Below, in pieces: positions 63,661 through 64,000 of a DNA stretch of 64,000 nucleotides. The position numbers were made by a program, and so were the translations under genes. The first letter of the stretch is position 1. Each line of letters begins with the position of its first letter. Where the stretch lies: the NCBI GenBank assembly GCA_951406725.2, contig OX597839.1, forward strand, positions 37,510,001 to 37,574,000, written 5' to 3'. The notes under the pieces are model-generated. The model was not told the origin of the DNA, made no database searches, and saw nothing but the letters and a program-made list of their open reading frames with translations. This stretch comes from Octopus vulgaris (lineage: Eukaryota).

Positions 63661-64000
63661 GCAGGAGTGGCTATGTGGTAAGTAGCTTGCTAATCAACCA
63701 CATGGTTCCGGGTTCAGTAGCATCTTGGGCAAGTGTCTTCTGCTATAGCCCCGGGCCGACCAATGCCTTGTGAGTGGATTTGGTTGACGGAAACTGAAAG
63801 AAGCCTGTTGTGTATATGTATATATTTATGTATGTGTTTGTGTGTCTGTGTTTGTCCCCCTAGCATTGCTTGACAACCGATGCTGGTATGTTTACGTCCC
63901 CGTCACTTAGCGGTTCGGCAAAAGAGACCGATAGAATAAGTACTGGGCTTCAAAGAATAAGTCCCGGGGTTGATTTCCTCGACTTAAGGCGGTGCTCCAG
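63661..64000 (+). mobile_element. SINE family A, cut by the window edge
   Basis: Head, core and part of the tail. Confidence 0.9.

Overview
Eukaryotic, repeat-dense animal genomic DNA. The SINE families and the long (TA)n/(CA)n tracts suggest an octopus/coleoid cephalopod (inference). The only host protein-coding gene I can support is CSTF1 (cleavage stimulation factor 50 kDa subunit, WD40) on the minus strand. I reconstructed 11 phase-consistent GT-AG coding exons from the ATG at 34899 down to 233; the last exon(s) lie beyond the left edge. The rest is intron/intergenic sequence filled with tRNA-derived SINEs, RTE-type and CR1-type LINE fragments, hAT, Tc1/mariner and TTAA MITEs, a non-autonomous Helitron, and mini/microsatellites. 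Almost all of the supplied ORFs are repeat artefacts. Highlights: (1) several hammerhead-ribozyme-like folds of Penelope type in CSTF1 introns, including a complete one with an extended stem II (9947-10042) and a palindromic pair with a natural C3G/G8C compensatory core swap (3866-4153); (2) two near-identical inverted LINE copies that bracket exons 6-10, a 558-nt stop-free in-frame block (circRNA/exon-skipping/ADAR candidate); (3) composite and nested elements (a MITE carrying a SINE, a SINE-head concatemer, a 63-bp hairpin-plus-pseudoknot array). All folds and alignments were done by eye, and repeat boundaries are approximate.
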